Position numbers and translations under genes: made by a program. A stretch of 64,000 nt of DNA from Epiperipatus broadwayi. Taxonomy: Eukaryota; Animalia; Onychophora. Where the stretch lies: the NCBI GenBank assembly GCA_028023455.1, contig JAQFVV010000002.1:16678001-16742000 (forward strand), read 5' to 3'. Positions within the stretch are counted from its first letter, which is position 1; each line of letters begins with the position of its first letter. Of the stretch, positions 50,911 through 64,000 are shown piece by piece. The notes under the pieces are model-generated. The model did not search any database, had not been told where the DNA came from, and was given only the letters and a program-made list of their open reading frames with translations.

Positions 50911-53900
50911 AAATAAATGTATATGTATACACAATTTTAAATAAAAACTTTTCTTTTCCACTCATGATTACTATCAAAACAAAATAATTGTAGTATTAAA
51001 TATAATTTACAGTTAATTTTATGATGTACCTAAATATTCAGTATACATAGTAGTCTCCCTGCATCCATGACATTCATTACAAACCTTATTGCAGATATTA
51101 ACTAACTTATGGAATATGTATTATAAATACCCGCATTTATTCATATTGCACATTTTATTCATGTGTATATGTATACACACATCTATAACACAATTTTATT
51201 AAATAGTAATTTAAAAAGACATTAAAAATAACAAAAATAAATATGTATATAAACTATAATTAGCAATTTAATAATAATGTTAATATTTAGAACTAAAGGA
51301 TGAGAATCTTTACCCTTTAATTTTTTTCTTTCTACAAGGTAATAAAATTCTTTTTATGATGAAATGTCAGTTAAGTGATTATATCAATTGAAATAGATCA
51401 ACAAACTAATTTGTTTCCTTAAAAACTACAAGCTCCCATTACAACATCAATCAAACCTATCAAATTTAAGAACATTTTCTAATAGTGAAAATGTTGTCCT
51501 AATAAACTTATATACAAACTTTATTATAATTCTACCAAATTTTACCTTAAATTAGCCATATTTAAATTAATTTGATGCAAATGTTTCTTATATAATTTAG
51601 ACAATTTTGTAAATATATAATAATCTTATATTTTTAATGCAAACTTTTTTTATAGTAAATTAAAAAATTAAAGTTTTACTGAATGATTACACCAGTTATT
51701 TTCCCAAGATGTTTTCGCAGAATCCTGCAGTTACATTATGAGCTAAAAATTTTATCTTTAATTCCATTTTTTTCTAATATTGGATAAATAAAACTACAAA
51801 TATGGAAATATTGGATACACAGAGACTACTAGCTTTCTGATAAAAATATGTTAGCAATAAAGTTATTAAATACATCCTATTCTAATATGATTAATAAAAA
51901 TTATCCACAAATTATTTTTGTTGTAATTTAAAAGAGCCATACTAAAGTTTATAAAATTATATATTGAAAAATTACATTATAAATTTTGTATATGTACATT
52001 TCTAAATAAATATACAAAGATTGACATCAGCAATATATTGTTTACCAACTAAGCAATTTCTTTCAGATAGAATAACGTTATCTTATAATTGATTATTTTT
52101 AAAAGATTTGCTTTCAAATACTTATTTCACATTTATTTGAAGAAAATGAATATAAATAGTGTGATTGTAAATGAACAATAAAACTGTCTAGGCACCACAA
52201 AATTAAATTGCAGAAATAAAAATAAATAATGTATCACTTAGGTAATCATTAAATATTAGATGATAGCATTACATCCATATCCTCGGACTAACTTCAGGTT
52301 TATAGATTTTGTATGACAAACTTTGGACTTAATGCACCTCATATACATTAGCATACTTATTATTTTACTCTTAGCTATCAAGAATACAATGAAAAAAAGT
52401 ATCCTTAACATTAGTATATATTAATATCATAATCTAAAATGTATTAATTACACAAGCTTACAATAGCTCGAGTAAAATCAAAAGAAATACAATTAATAGC
52501 ATATGTAAAACATAAAGACCATATGAGATTTGGTGAAATACAGCAAGTATTTCAGAAATTTAACAATCATACTAGCAAATAATTAAAACTTCTTAGCTTT
52601 TATTTAGTCAATCTTAAATTTTTATTATTCATTCACAAATGAATCATTTCTATGTATACCTTATTATTAAAAACTTCTCATGGTGCAAAACACTTTTGAC
52701 ATAAACATTCTAATCAGGATTGTTTGTTTTAAAATATTTCATATTGGAATAAATAAATCACTTATTTATTTATCATCACTCTTAACTTTTACAATTTGTA
52801 AACCTAAATTTCATTTATTATTAATTGTACAATTATTATAATACAGACAAAAAAATATAAGTTTGAACAAATTATTACACAAGTATTTTTAGAATTATAT
52901 AAAAAAACAACAGCATGTTTCAATTTTTTGTTTTTTTAAAAAGTTGTCTTTTTTTTTTTTTAAGCTACAAAATGATCTAATTATTCAAGATTTATTTGTT
53001 TTATACAAAATGGAAAACAAAAAATGTGAGTTTCTTAATTTAATCAAGCAAAGAAAAAGCAATAATTAAAAAATGAAACTTTAAATATTAAATTTTTGAA
53101 TATTTTTTCATATATATTAAGACAAAAAAAAGTGAAATGAACATTTTTACTTTTGTTTATAAAAATATTATAGATATAAAAGTTTGTAAGCAATATACCT
53201 TTCCTAATCAAACATTTTGGCTAATCTTTGACTTCAATTTTAGTATAAAATAAGTGCAGACTACAACGTCATGTCACTCACTTCATTATTTTATTTTCTA
53301 TCATGACACTTTTTTTTCCTATGGTAAAATTTGAATTCTTTATAATTTTTTTTTTTTTATAAAGTTAGTTTGAAACTGTTTTTTCTCTTTCATTTTTTTA
53401 ATTTTACAGATAATAAAAAGTACAAAGCATTTTCTATCAAACAAAATGAAATTTTATTCCAGTTTAAGCATATATGATGATTTTTCATTAGATTATCTAT
53501 GTGACTCTAAGGATGCAATGAACAAATTGTAATTCCTAAAAAAAAACAAACAAGAAAGCTATCTATGTCTATGAATGTAACAGCTATTATTATGCCAGGG
53601 TTTTCATCATAAACAATCTCAAATTTTTGACCATTAGAAAAGCATAGATATCTATTGGTAATTTTATAAAGGCTGAAATTTACAAGTACCCATGAGTATT
53701 GACAAGAAAAATCTATGAAAAAAATCATTTCTGAAACGAATAGGTACATCATAGAACAAAATTAAAAGCTGGGTAATGTGTCGCCTTGCAAATTGTCTCC
53801 ATTTTTTGGCATGATTATTAGCATTTCATCTATAGCAGTTGAATGATAATTATGGCATAATTAGAGTTACAATATGAAAGTCAACCATATCTTGCAGAAA

Positions 53901-56610
53901 TTATAATCTAAAATAGTTGGTTTTCCTTTTAACAATAAAAAAATGCCAAATAACAAAGATGATGATAAACTTTATAAAGTCAGATTAATTATTTTAAAGC
54001 AGCACATCAAATACAAAGTGAAGTAACAGTTGGAAGATATAATCAAATTTACAAGTTTGATTGCATGAAACAATATACCTCAAAATCAGTAAAGTGAGAG
54101 CTCAAATGATGAGTCAGTGTAGATAGCCATAATAAATATGTATCCCATATGGAAAAGTACATAGACAAGAGATGCTAACCAAAGCCTGCGCACAGGAGCT
54201 CAGCTCTCAATAACTATCTATGCCATACCCTGTAAAACAGCAACATGTTATTTGATTATGTCAGAATTTTTACAATTTATAAAAATTATATTTGCAAAAT
54301 ATCTGACTCAAAATAATTACTATTAAATATTAACTTTATTTATTACGATAAAATTTCTTGAAAATACCTGCATAGTTTGTTATATGTTGAAGCTACTAGT
54401 ACAGATGAAAAATAAAACAACTTTTCTAATTTTTAATATGTTTTGGAATAAAAAATTATTTCAAGTAAGTTATTATATATCATTTTAATAAAAATTTCAA
54501 AAGGAATGTAATGAATCTGTCTATAAAAATATAAGTTTCAAATTTAACTATCAAAATTTAGAATTTATATAAAAGAATTTTTGAAAGTTTTAAAATCCTA
54601 TTGTTGTTTTAAAATATTACTATATATTTTCAGTTTCATTATATTCCTTGCTATTTGTCTTTTTTTTTTTTTTTTGACAACAGATAACATTTTACTTGAG
54701 ATTAGTTCAAAGAGGTCATTGTACGAAATATGACTCTAAACTAATTCTCTAAACATTCAATGTAACAGGCTTCAGACCAAATTTGTTAATTTATTATATT
54801 TTAATTGATCATAGAATAATTTTTTTTTTAATAAAATGCATTGTAACAATAGTAACTGATTCTTTTTCTTTAAAATATATTTATAAGAATGCAATTACTA
54901 TAATTTTATAATGTTGACTTAAAATACAAATAGATTTCAAACTTTTGTTAAAACTTTATTCAATTTTTTTTTTAATTAAATAAAATTTTCATTTATCTGA
55001 TAATCTATATGTTCCTTTTATGTTAGATAATTAAAAATCCAATGTAAATCAAACTGAAATTTAGTGATTTATCTTAATATTTTCATGAAGATATAATTTG
55101 TAGAACTTTTTAAATAAATCACTCATTTATAAATATTGTCTATTCATTTATTTAAATAGAGAAAAATTAATGAATAATTCTAGAATGAATCACATAAAGA
55201 TTTACTAGTTGAGATAACACGAAGAATGCATTTTTTAATGCAAAAATAAACTTTTATTATAGTCAAAATGATGAATACTTGTAAAAACTTTCAATCAACA
55301 TATTAATATTTCATAAATTGGCAAATAAAAAATTTCAGATTGAATATAAATTTTATAAAAAACAGCTTAGTAAATAAGGTTAAAACTAAAAGCAATTTAA
55401 AATAAAATGAAACCATATATATATATTCATATACAATATACAAATATGTACATCTACAAAACTGAATTCAAATTCATATTTTTCACACAATAAAAGTTTT
55501 AATCAAAATATTACACATATAAATGTGTTTTCTGTTTTTAATATATGAAGATATTATGACATAAATGAGTTTTCTATTTTTAATACATGAAGATATTATG
55601 ATCAATCTAAAACAATCACCTTTGACAATAACTTCTGGATGCTTATCAATCTTCTCATTTTACCATTTATATTAAAAGAACAAGGTTTAATAAATTACAT
55701 CATATTTTTGAAGGCTAGATTGGATAGGCTCTCAAATAAATTAAGAGTTAGAAAAAAAGCTGTGATAACTTTAGAATTTTTTTTTTAAAAAAGCAATTAA
55801 TATTAAATAAAAACTAATATATCATTTAAAAAAATTATATATTAGTGGAGAAATATAAGTATTTTTCTCTATAAATCTATAATTTAAACAGGCAAATAAT
55901 ATTTTGTAGTTCAAAAACTACAACTGTTTTATAAATTATAATAACCCAACATTAATTTTTTTCTTCAATATTTTAAATTGTATGGGAACTGTACAAGTTG
56001 ATATCAACTATTTATCTATGCTTACAGAGGCTTATAAAAATTAGCCTAAAATTTTTACAAACGTGATACTTTATTCAGAACCTTACCTTTATTTATTTAA
56101 AGGTTATTACATAATATCTATGAGCTTTTAGTAATATAATACAAAAAAAGTTTCGATCAAAGTTCGCACTCATACACATAATATATATACATGAGAATAA
56201 AAAATATTTAAAAAAAAAAAAGGTAACTCAAGATCATACTAATTACAATTATGCAAAAAAAAAAAAAAAAGTTATTATCCCTTTTTATGATTTACAGAAT
56301 ATATATATATTTTTATGTAGATTTAGTTTTTTGAAAATAATTTTTACAATGTCTAACAAATTGATTTGAAAAAGGGAAAGTAAAAAAAAAAATTATCTTT
56401 TAAATTTGGTGCTGTTAAATCAACAATTCATACAAAAACTTAATCTGATCATCATGCTAGGAGCTAGATAAAGTTACACATATATATATATGGCTGGTAG
56501 AAACAAGGTAGTTTCAATATGTTTGTGCCAGGTCTGTGCATTTGCGCAAGTTTTTTTTTTTCTTTTAGAAAATCTGAGAATTAAATTATAAATAAACATC
56601 CCACTTCTTA

Positions 56611-56714
56611 TCAAAGAGCATTCAATTTATCACAAGAAGGAATACCAAGATTCATTGCCTTTTCATATAATTTACTATCTCCATAATTCCTTGCACGCCA
56701 TAGCATACTTTCCT
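56611..56714 (-). CDS. Probable terminal coding exon of an unidentified convergent gene
   Basis: Strong acceptor (T-rich tract + ttttacAG). The open frame xESMLWRARNYGDSKLYEKAMNLGIPSCDKLNAL* ends TGA TAA and is richer in G+C than its flanks. Protein not recognised. Upstream exons not found. Confidence 0.55.
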
Positions 56715-58949
56715 CTGTAAAATAAAAAAAAATTATATATATATTTTAATATTTATATATACTATTACCATATATTAGTGTAATAAGCAAATATCACAAT
56801 TGAAAAAAAAATCATTTCTTTTTCTAAACTTTTATATATATAAAAGATATTAACAATTTGATGATTTAAATAGAATTATATTATCTATAAAAAGTGACAA
56901 TTTATATCACTTACTAGAATATTAAGATCTTTCTGAATACTAGTTTTTAAAAATATTTGTTCCAATTTTATTAACACCCCCCCCCCCCAATCTTTTAAGT
57001 TAGTCATTATTTCTGATGCTATTATTAATATTTCTGATAACAATCACTACTATAAAACTATGAATTAAAAATGTTTATTAAAATTTTGATTTAGAAAAAA
57101 AAAGAAAAACATTATCATAAAGAATGTATGAGGAAATGATTCAATTACCAAAAGTCAATATTTCAATGAACTTTAAATTGCTGATTCTGGTTTTAGCAAC
57201 TTATAGTAAAGTAAGCAAGCTACCTTAATCCTGACGACATTGAGACTGAAGTCAAATAAGGATTCTACAAATATTGATGAATAAAAAAGATAAAAATAGA
57301 TTCAGAACTTCAAAGAATATTATAAACTTTACTGTCATTGGTAAGAATTGTATTATCTTATTATATTATTGCTTAAATGTACATAATTTTTTTAAATCTA
57401 ATTTAGAACAGCCAGATGGGCCAATTAAATAAAAAATCTTAAATCTTAGTAGGACTAGAAGATTTTCACAGTTCATTTACACTCTATACTCAAATTTCAG
57501 GGTGGAGCATGGCAGGCAAATATAGTAAATACTATGCCATTAGGGTGTTACACCATATAATAAATAATTTCATTGGGAAAATGCATTTTATAATTATCAT
57601 TATTTCCAAGTTAGATAAAAGTCAGGACTAGGCAGAGACAAGCAAAAAGCATTGAAACAATCAGGCATCATTCTTATTATCAGCAATTAATAATTCTAAA
57701 TTTGATCAATTGTACAAGTTTACCCTCTCCCCCAAATTTACATTACTTTTATTCAATACTTTAAAAAAACTACAGTATAGAAAAATATCACAAAGCACAA
57801 TAAATACTAGGATATATTATCAATAGCTATTAATAAGTTATATTTGTGAAATTTGATAAGATTACTAAATTTATGATTCAGATTAATCATTATCATTTCA
57901 TTAATAATGTTGATCTTAGTAGCTGAAATAAGTAAGACAAGAAAGTTAGCAGAACTACTTATATATATATATAAAGTTGGTTAATTGCTTTCTTGTGGCA
58001 TTGACAAATGGAGAATTTTTTTGTAGAAATATTGTCGATTGTTTTTATGAAGTCACTATATAAGCTAAGTTTCTGAAATTTCTTCCAGTTAGGAGAGAAA
58101 AAAACACACATACGGTAGACTGATTTACAAACTTTTAAAATCAATTTTAACAGCCAATATATCACAGTGATGAATAAATTGTACAAACCTTTATAATTCA
58201 TATCTCCAATATCTCTCTCCCTTCTAGTGAAAATATGAGCAGATTCAAAACAAAAAACCCCTGTTGATTAACAACAGAAACTTGTTTAAAAAAACACTTC
58301 AATATATGAGAAAAAATCCAAGGTTCAACACTCAGAGCGAGTTGTTTTACTGGAGAAACTATTACTTCTAGTGTCCATCACTTGCATGAATCACATTCTG
58401 CTAAGCATCTGAAGATCATTCAAACTAATCCTTAGTAACCAGATTTAAGGTTAGTAATGTCCCAATCAAGGCAGATGTAAATATATAAGATAGATATCCT
58501 TTTAAGTTCTTATAAAACAATAATATATTTATAATCAATTATTAGAGAAACACTTTTAATATGGTGGTCTATCTCTTTCTAATTTGAATGTTTACTCACT
58601 GTTCATGACTATTATGCATAGATTATTTAAATGTTCTTAAAAATGCACCATAAACTAAATAGCTCTTTGAATTCATTACTCATAAGTTTTTAGGGGTTAA
58701 AAGTTTAAATACTTAATGTCAATTAAACAATTGTAAAACCTGATAAAAATGACAAAAAGCAAATCAGTAACAATACTTCTCAATTATTTTGATCAATATC
58801 ACTTGGTAAATAGTCAAATCAGAAATACATGGCAAAATAGTTGTTTTCAAAACAAATCCATAAATTCATAAATAAATCGATATCCACTCAATGAACTTTA
58901 GATACATTTTCTTCCCCAAATATGAATCAAATAGAATGAATTTTCATAC

Positions 58950-59480
58950 TCATTAGAAATGAACTTAAGACTTTGTTAAGATATATCAGAAATTTTAATA
59001 ACTGGTTCTCTTGGTGCAATGGTTTCACAAGACTTTTTTTAGCTCATCAAAAAAAAGCAAAAATAGGTGTCCACCCCTTGGGATGTAAACTATTTTTGCA
59101 AACTTGTCTAACTTTTTTTTATAGTCAGCACGAGAGATTTTCAACATCCATCTAATCTGAAATCTTAATGGCAGAATCCTTGGAAGAATAAGTTAATACT
59201 AGGTATTTTCACTTAAGAAAGAAACAGACAATACTTTTTACACATTGACTTTGGTTATGCCCCTTTTCCTAGTGATCTGTATGGAAGATTCCAACACTTA
59301 GAAATATGAATAATGCTACAGACCTGTTTGGTGGTGTTAAATGCCTTGACCAAATCGATAAAAGCAACCTACAAATCACACTTTTGCTCCTGACACTTTC
59401 TTTCTTACATTTGCAATATGTACTGGTTGATTCTCTAAAACTATGTCGAATCTCAGAAAACAATTAGTCTGTGACTGAAA
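58950..59480 (-). mobile_element. RTE-like LINE relic
   Basis: VAFIDLVKAFNT (RT motif) and IRWMLKISRADY (cf. RRMLKISW of the RTE clade). Confidence 0.6.
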
Positions 59481-61814
59481 ATAATTTATTGAACAAAATT
59501 CTTGAAAGTAATTTAAAGTGGAACAACAAAAGCATTTTTAAGATTTAATGAGGCAATTTTACAACTTCATATTTTCCTAAAAATTTCCTAATAGCCTTGA
59601 AGGTAACTTATTCCATTAATACTTCAAAACTGTTCTAGTATGAGAATTTGCAGCTTTTTTATTTTTAAGATTACAAGAAAAATTTTAACTTCAGGAAGCT
59701 GAATACCACTAACCAATTTTAGAAGGTGATCAAAAGATTCTCCCTCCATCTGTCCGAATTATCATTTTTATATGAAAGAGTACTATCAATGAATTTAATA
59801 AGGATAAAATCATTATTTTTTAAATTCTTATGCTATTTTAAATGCATCAAAAAAAAAAATCTAAAGTGGACATGATCAGCACATTTCTATATTTCTATTG
59901 CCATTTTAATCTGCCAATCATTTTTAAACATTTTTAACAGTTATTCAACTTTTGCATTTAAGTCTCCATATTGTTTGTGAAGCTTCCCATTTGATTTATT
60001 GTTCTGACAAGCAGAAAAGGTATATCTTCCTTTTCAAATAAGTTACTAATAATATGGTCTTTGTGAAAAAAATCAATAAAGATTTTCGTAAATTGAAATC
60101 AAATACAGACTTACAAGTATCAATAATACATATCTTTTAAGATAATTTTATGACTCAGTGTATTATAATCTTGAGAATTTAAAATTTAGCATGGATAGTA
60201 GAAATTCGTTTTTCAAATGTGATTGAAATAGAATCTAAGATCTACTCAGAAAACTGTCTGTTAATATAATACTAACCTTGTTTATTATTAGAATTTGTAG
60301 TCATCTCTACATAATAGAGAATTGAGAAGATGAAACTTGATTTTGGTAAGACAGAGAATCTTATATTCTCTGGAACTACCCTCATTAATGAGGAAGGTGC
60401 TATGGATTTCATTGCATAGATAGGATATGTAAATAGTTGGGAGTTTATTAGATATTTAGATTACATCAGGTTTAATGACATCGCAATGTTTCGCAAGATT
60501 GCAGTGTTCATTGTTGGAAATTATAATTTCTTTACTTTCATTTTAAAATTGTGGGAAAATGAATGGACTGTGCATGTGCTAATACCGTCATTCTCTATGG
60601 TTTTAGTTTCTTTTTCAAATAATATATGTCTAGTTAAAATCAGATAAAAATTAATTTATTAAGTTCATTTATTTATTTATTTTTTGTTCAATTTAGTAGA
60701 TTGTATGGAGAAAACAAGGCATATATTTTTGGTGGGAAAAATTTAATTTGTAAATGAATTCAATATGCATCGAAGATTTTGCAATTTCAAGGTCTTCATC
60801 TCGAAAACAAACATAAATAATGTAAGTATTCCATTTTACATTTTTTTTATTATTTTAAAAATGTATTATTTCATGAAAGTAATTGTCAGTAAGAAATATA
60901 ATTAGTGTATTTGTACTAGTGTGTCTATAATGAAAGTGATTTTGCCTGCATGTATGAATTTAGCCGATTATGTACAATGTAATTTTGGGAGTCTGATCCA
61001 AGTTTGAGGCAATCTTATTTTATAGATATAATGATCTCAAAAGGTTTAATAATTTATTAGTGTGTTTGTTTTTTACTTGTTTGTCTGTGTTTGTATAACA
61101 AGAAATGATTTTCACTACTGACATAAAATTAGGCTATTGTCGAGCAGTGCAATGTAAATTTTAAGGTTGATTATCAGATGCACAGAAAGGTTGCAGTTGA
61201 ACCAATTACAAAATTTATTGGGCATAGTATCATGTGATAATATAAACTCTTAAAACCAATAAAAAGATTTCAAATGAGTATGTGGTGATAGCCATGCTGG
61301 TTATGTATACTGCATGGAATTGTATGTAGGCAAATAATCATATCTAGATTCTTGGCTATGCCTTCGTACTTATGCTGTGGAAATCTAGTTTTGCCACATA
61401 TTGCAAATAAATTATATCTCTATGGAACAATAAATATAATAAGATAGTATTACTGGTGTGCACAAAAAAATAAAATGAAGAGAGAGGAGATTCATTTTAT
61501 TACTGATAAAGTCAGTGGCTTTCAATTTCTGGTTTGGATGAACAAAAAGCTAACTGCTATGATTACAAATGCATATCCATCTTCTGGAAATGATTTATTT
61601 TGCATCTTTTACTATAAAGAACCTTTTTTCATATAGATGCCTTGAGATTTTTTAACTTCTGGGGTATAAAAACAAAAGACGAATTCTTATGGTTCTCTTT
61701 TTGTAAGTTCTGAATCTATGGATTATCTCAGGTAAAAAATATTGTATATGTTTTGAATCATAATTTTGTGAGGAATATAAAGAAATTATCTATGAAAATG
61801 TAATTTTAGAATTT

Positions 61815-62209
61815 GGTCGTAGTTTGCGGACAGTACTGCCGCCGCCAGAGGTCGCGGCGACATCATCAACAACCGGCCTGAAAATGGCAAATGATAAATT
61901 TTTTTACGAAAACGCCTCAAAATCGACAAATAAAAATGCCTAAGGCAATATATGTACAGCAAATAAATCGAAAACTACAAATTAAAAAAAAAATGCAAGA
62001 AAATGCTAAAAAATTCAAATAATAAAACCAAAAAATCATGAAAATTCCATTACGAGCTATACCCCCCCCCCCCCAAAATAAAAAAAAACGCCTCAAAATC
62101 AACAAATAAAAATGCCTAAAAAAAATTTATCACTTGTCATTTTCAGGCAGGTTGTTGATGATGTCGCCGCGCCCTCTGGCGGCGGCAGTACGGTCTGCAA
62201 ACCACGACC
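61815..62209. mobile_element. Young GC/CpG-rich MITE with ~90-bp TIRs and an internal 35-bp direct repeat
   Basis: ggtcgtagtttgcggacagtactgccgccgccagagg...atgataaatttttt versus its reverse complement ending acgacc at 62209. aaaacgcctcaaaatc(g/a)acaaataaaaatgcctaa occurs at about 61909 and 62085. Confidence 0.88.
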
Positions 62210-64000
62210 TTTTTTTATCTCTTTTAAAAATTTTATGGAATTTGCATTTTTATTTATACATTTTTAATAATATTTTTTATATAAGATATTAATGTGAATT
62301 TTTATTTTCACTCTCTCATAAAATTTGTATATATTTTTGAAGATCTTAAAGAGGAAATAAATAAAAGTATTAAACCTAGACAGAGTGATTTATCTATTTA
62401 TAGATGTACTTATCAACTAAGATGGTTTAATGCTCTTATACGAGAAATGTGATTTGATATATACTTCAAATTTCTTTTGACATTCTCAACTTATTAGTCA
62501 TTAAACTATTATTTTAAATTATACTCTTCTATATTAATTATAGCCATTCTTTATTTAACTTTCAATCTGAATACACACCATATAACCATCGTAGTCATAT
62601 TGTGGCTTTCATAAAACTTTTGAAATAAAATGTTATAATTGATGTTAACATGATATACTTACATTTCATTTTGAAACAATATGTTTTATTCTTTTGCAGT
62701 GGCAATTTAAAATTGATTGTCTACTTGGACAACTTTTATGACTTAATTGTTTTCTGGAAATATAAGGCACTGTTTGAACTTGTCATTCAGTTTTTGTTTG
62801 GACTTTGTCCAATGATGTTATTCTTTGTACGGAATTTAAATTCAAATGTTATGTTCTTTTACTTTAACTTTCAAATATCAACTTCTATTAATGCAATTGA
62901 GCAATATAGGTAATTATTTTCAATGAAGAATTATTGTCATAAGCATTCTCATTTTTTTGGGTCAACATATTCTTGTGAATTATTATATTCGACAATAAAG
63001 TTTGTAAAATCAAAACATTGAGCAGAATCAGAACTACTGCAGTCATTACCAACTAAACGCCAAATTTTAATGAACTTACTAATCAGACACAATCACATAT
63101 GAATAATAAAATATTTTTTATTGACATTGTTCTCTTGATTTTTTGTACAATTAATACTTCAAAAATTTAATTGCAGCTCTTCAACATATCACAATTGTAA
63201 TACTTGGCTTTGACCATCATAGCAAATAATCTACTTATATGATTATATAAATACTTTTTAAGACAGGCTATAGAAAAGAGTACAATCGACTCCCAACTTG
63301 TGCTATAAAGTGGGTAACTTAGTAAATAACTAATGTCTAAGGAGTAATAAAGATAAACAAATGTCTTCTGAATTCAGGTCGCACCAAAGGTATAGAAACA
63401 TTTTTACTATTAAAACAAATATAGTTGATTTGTGCTAGCCAATGGTTTAGTTACTGACCAATATTATGCCGTTTGAATTTAATTTGGTTATTATGTTTAG
63501 AGTTATAGCAAATTAACTTGTAATCAATTTCCACCAAATACAGTGATAGAATAGTGTGTTGCTACGTTTAATATATACTATATTATTTACATTTAGTGAC
63601 GATCATCAATAGTACTGAATTTGAGCAGAGTCCAGTGAATTAATTATATAATGAATGCCCAATGTGTGATATGATCATTATTTGATTAACTTCATTATCA
63701 ATACTAATATGATCATTGATCCATATGACACAATATATATATACACCTAAACCTCACTTAGCGATTGTTTACTTAGCAATATTTCACAATAGCGATCATC
63801 ATCAATTTATACCCACTACTTCGATTTACAATTAATTATTCACTATAACAATCAGAAAATATTTTAAAAAAATTTTTGGGGGGCAGCCATCTTGAATTTT
63901 GCGTGCTGATGATGTCAGAGAATAGATATTTTAAAGTCATTTTACCCAAAAGCAAAAGTACATTATGGTAATACGTATACACATATAATATTTTATTCAT

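Noticed and set aside
56608-56613. TGA TAA ending as selenocysteine recoding
   Set aside because: No Cys/Gly redox context typical of C-terminal Sec and no SECIS element identified.
60460-60520. GAAA CAT TGCG ATG TC (-) with a perfect helix III
   Set aside because: No usable CUGANGA in a valid position and no helix I.

Overview
This is very AT-rich eukaryotic genomic DNA, probably from an arthropod (inferred from gene content; the species cannot be determined). The + strand carries the last six exons of an intact receptor tyrosine kinase of the Cad96Ca/Stitcher family (10938-34808; 981 nt, 326 codons plus stop). Possible decayed 5' exons lie at 0.2-2.8 kb. An unidentified convergent gene appears to end at 56611-56714 (-). 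Introns and intergenic DNA hold decayed mobile elements: a Gypsy LTR retrotransposon, many Penelope-like element (PLE) pieces, LINEs, pogo/Tigger, probable hAT, Helitron-like repeats and MITEs. The most striking hidden structure is about seven distinct families of minimal hammerhead ribozyme (HHR) motifs, with 15 or more copies. Most have a self-complementary helix III. They sit in foldback (inverted-repeat) DNA that is always head-to-head, and several turn-around points fall within a few nt of the predicted cleavage site. One motif (35304-35344, -) has a complete catalytic core. One PLE-linked family has a U3-A8 covariant core. One family pairs the ribozyme with a tRNA-like Pol III box. All calls were read by eye, so TE boundaries are approximate and no ribozyme activity is demonstrated.
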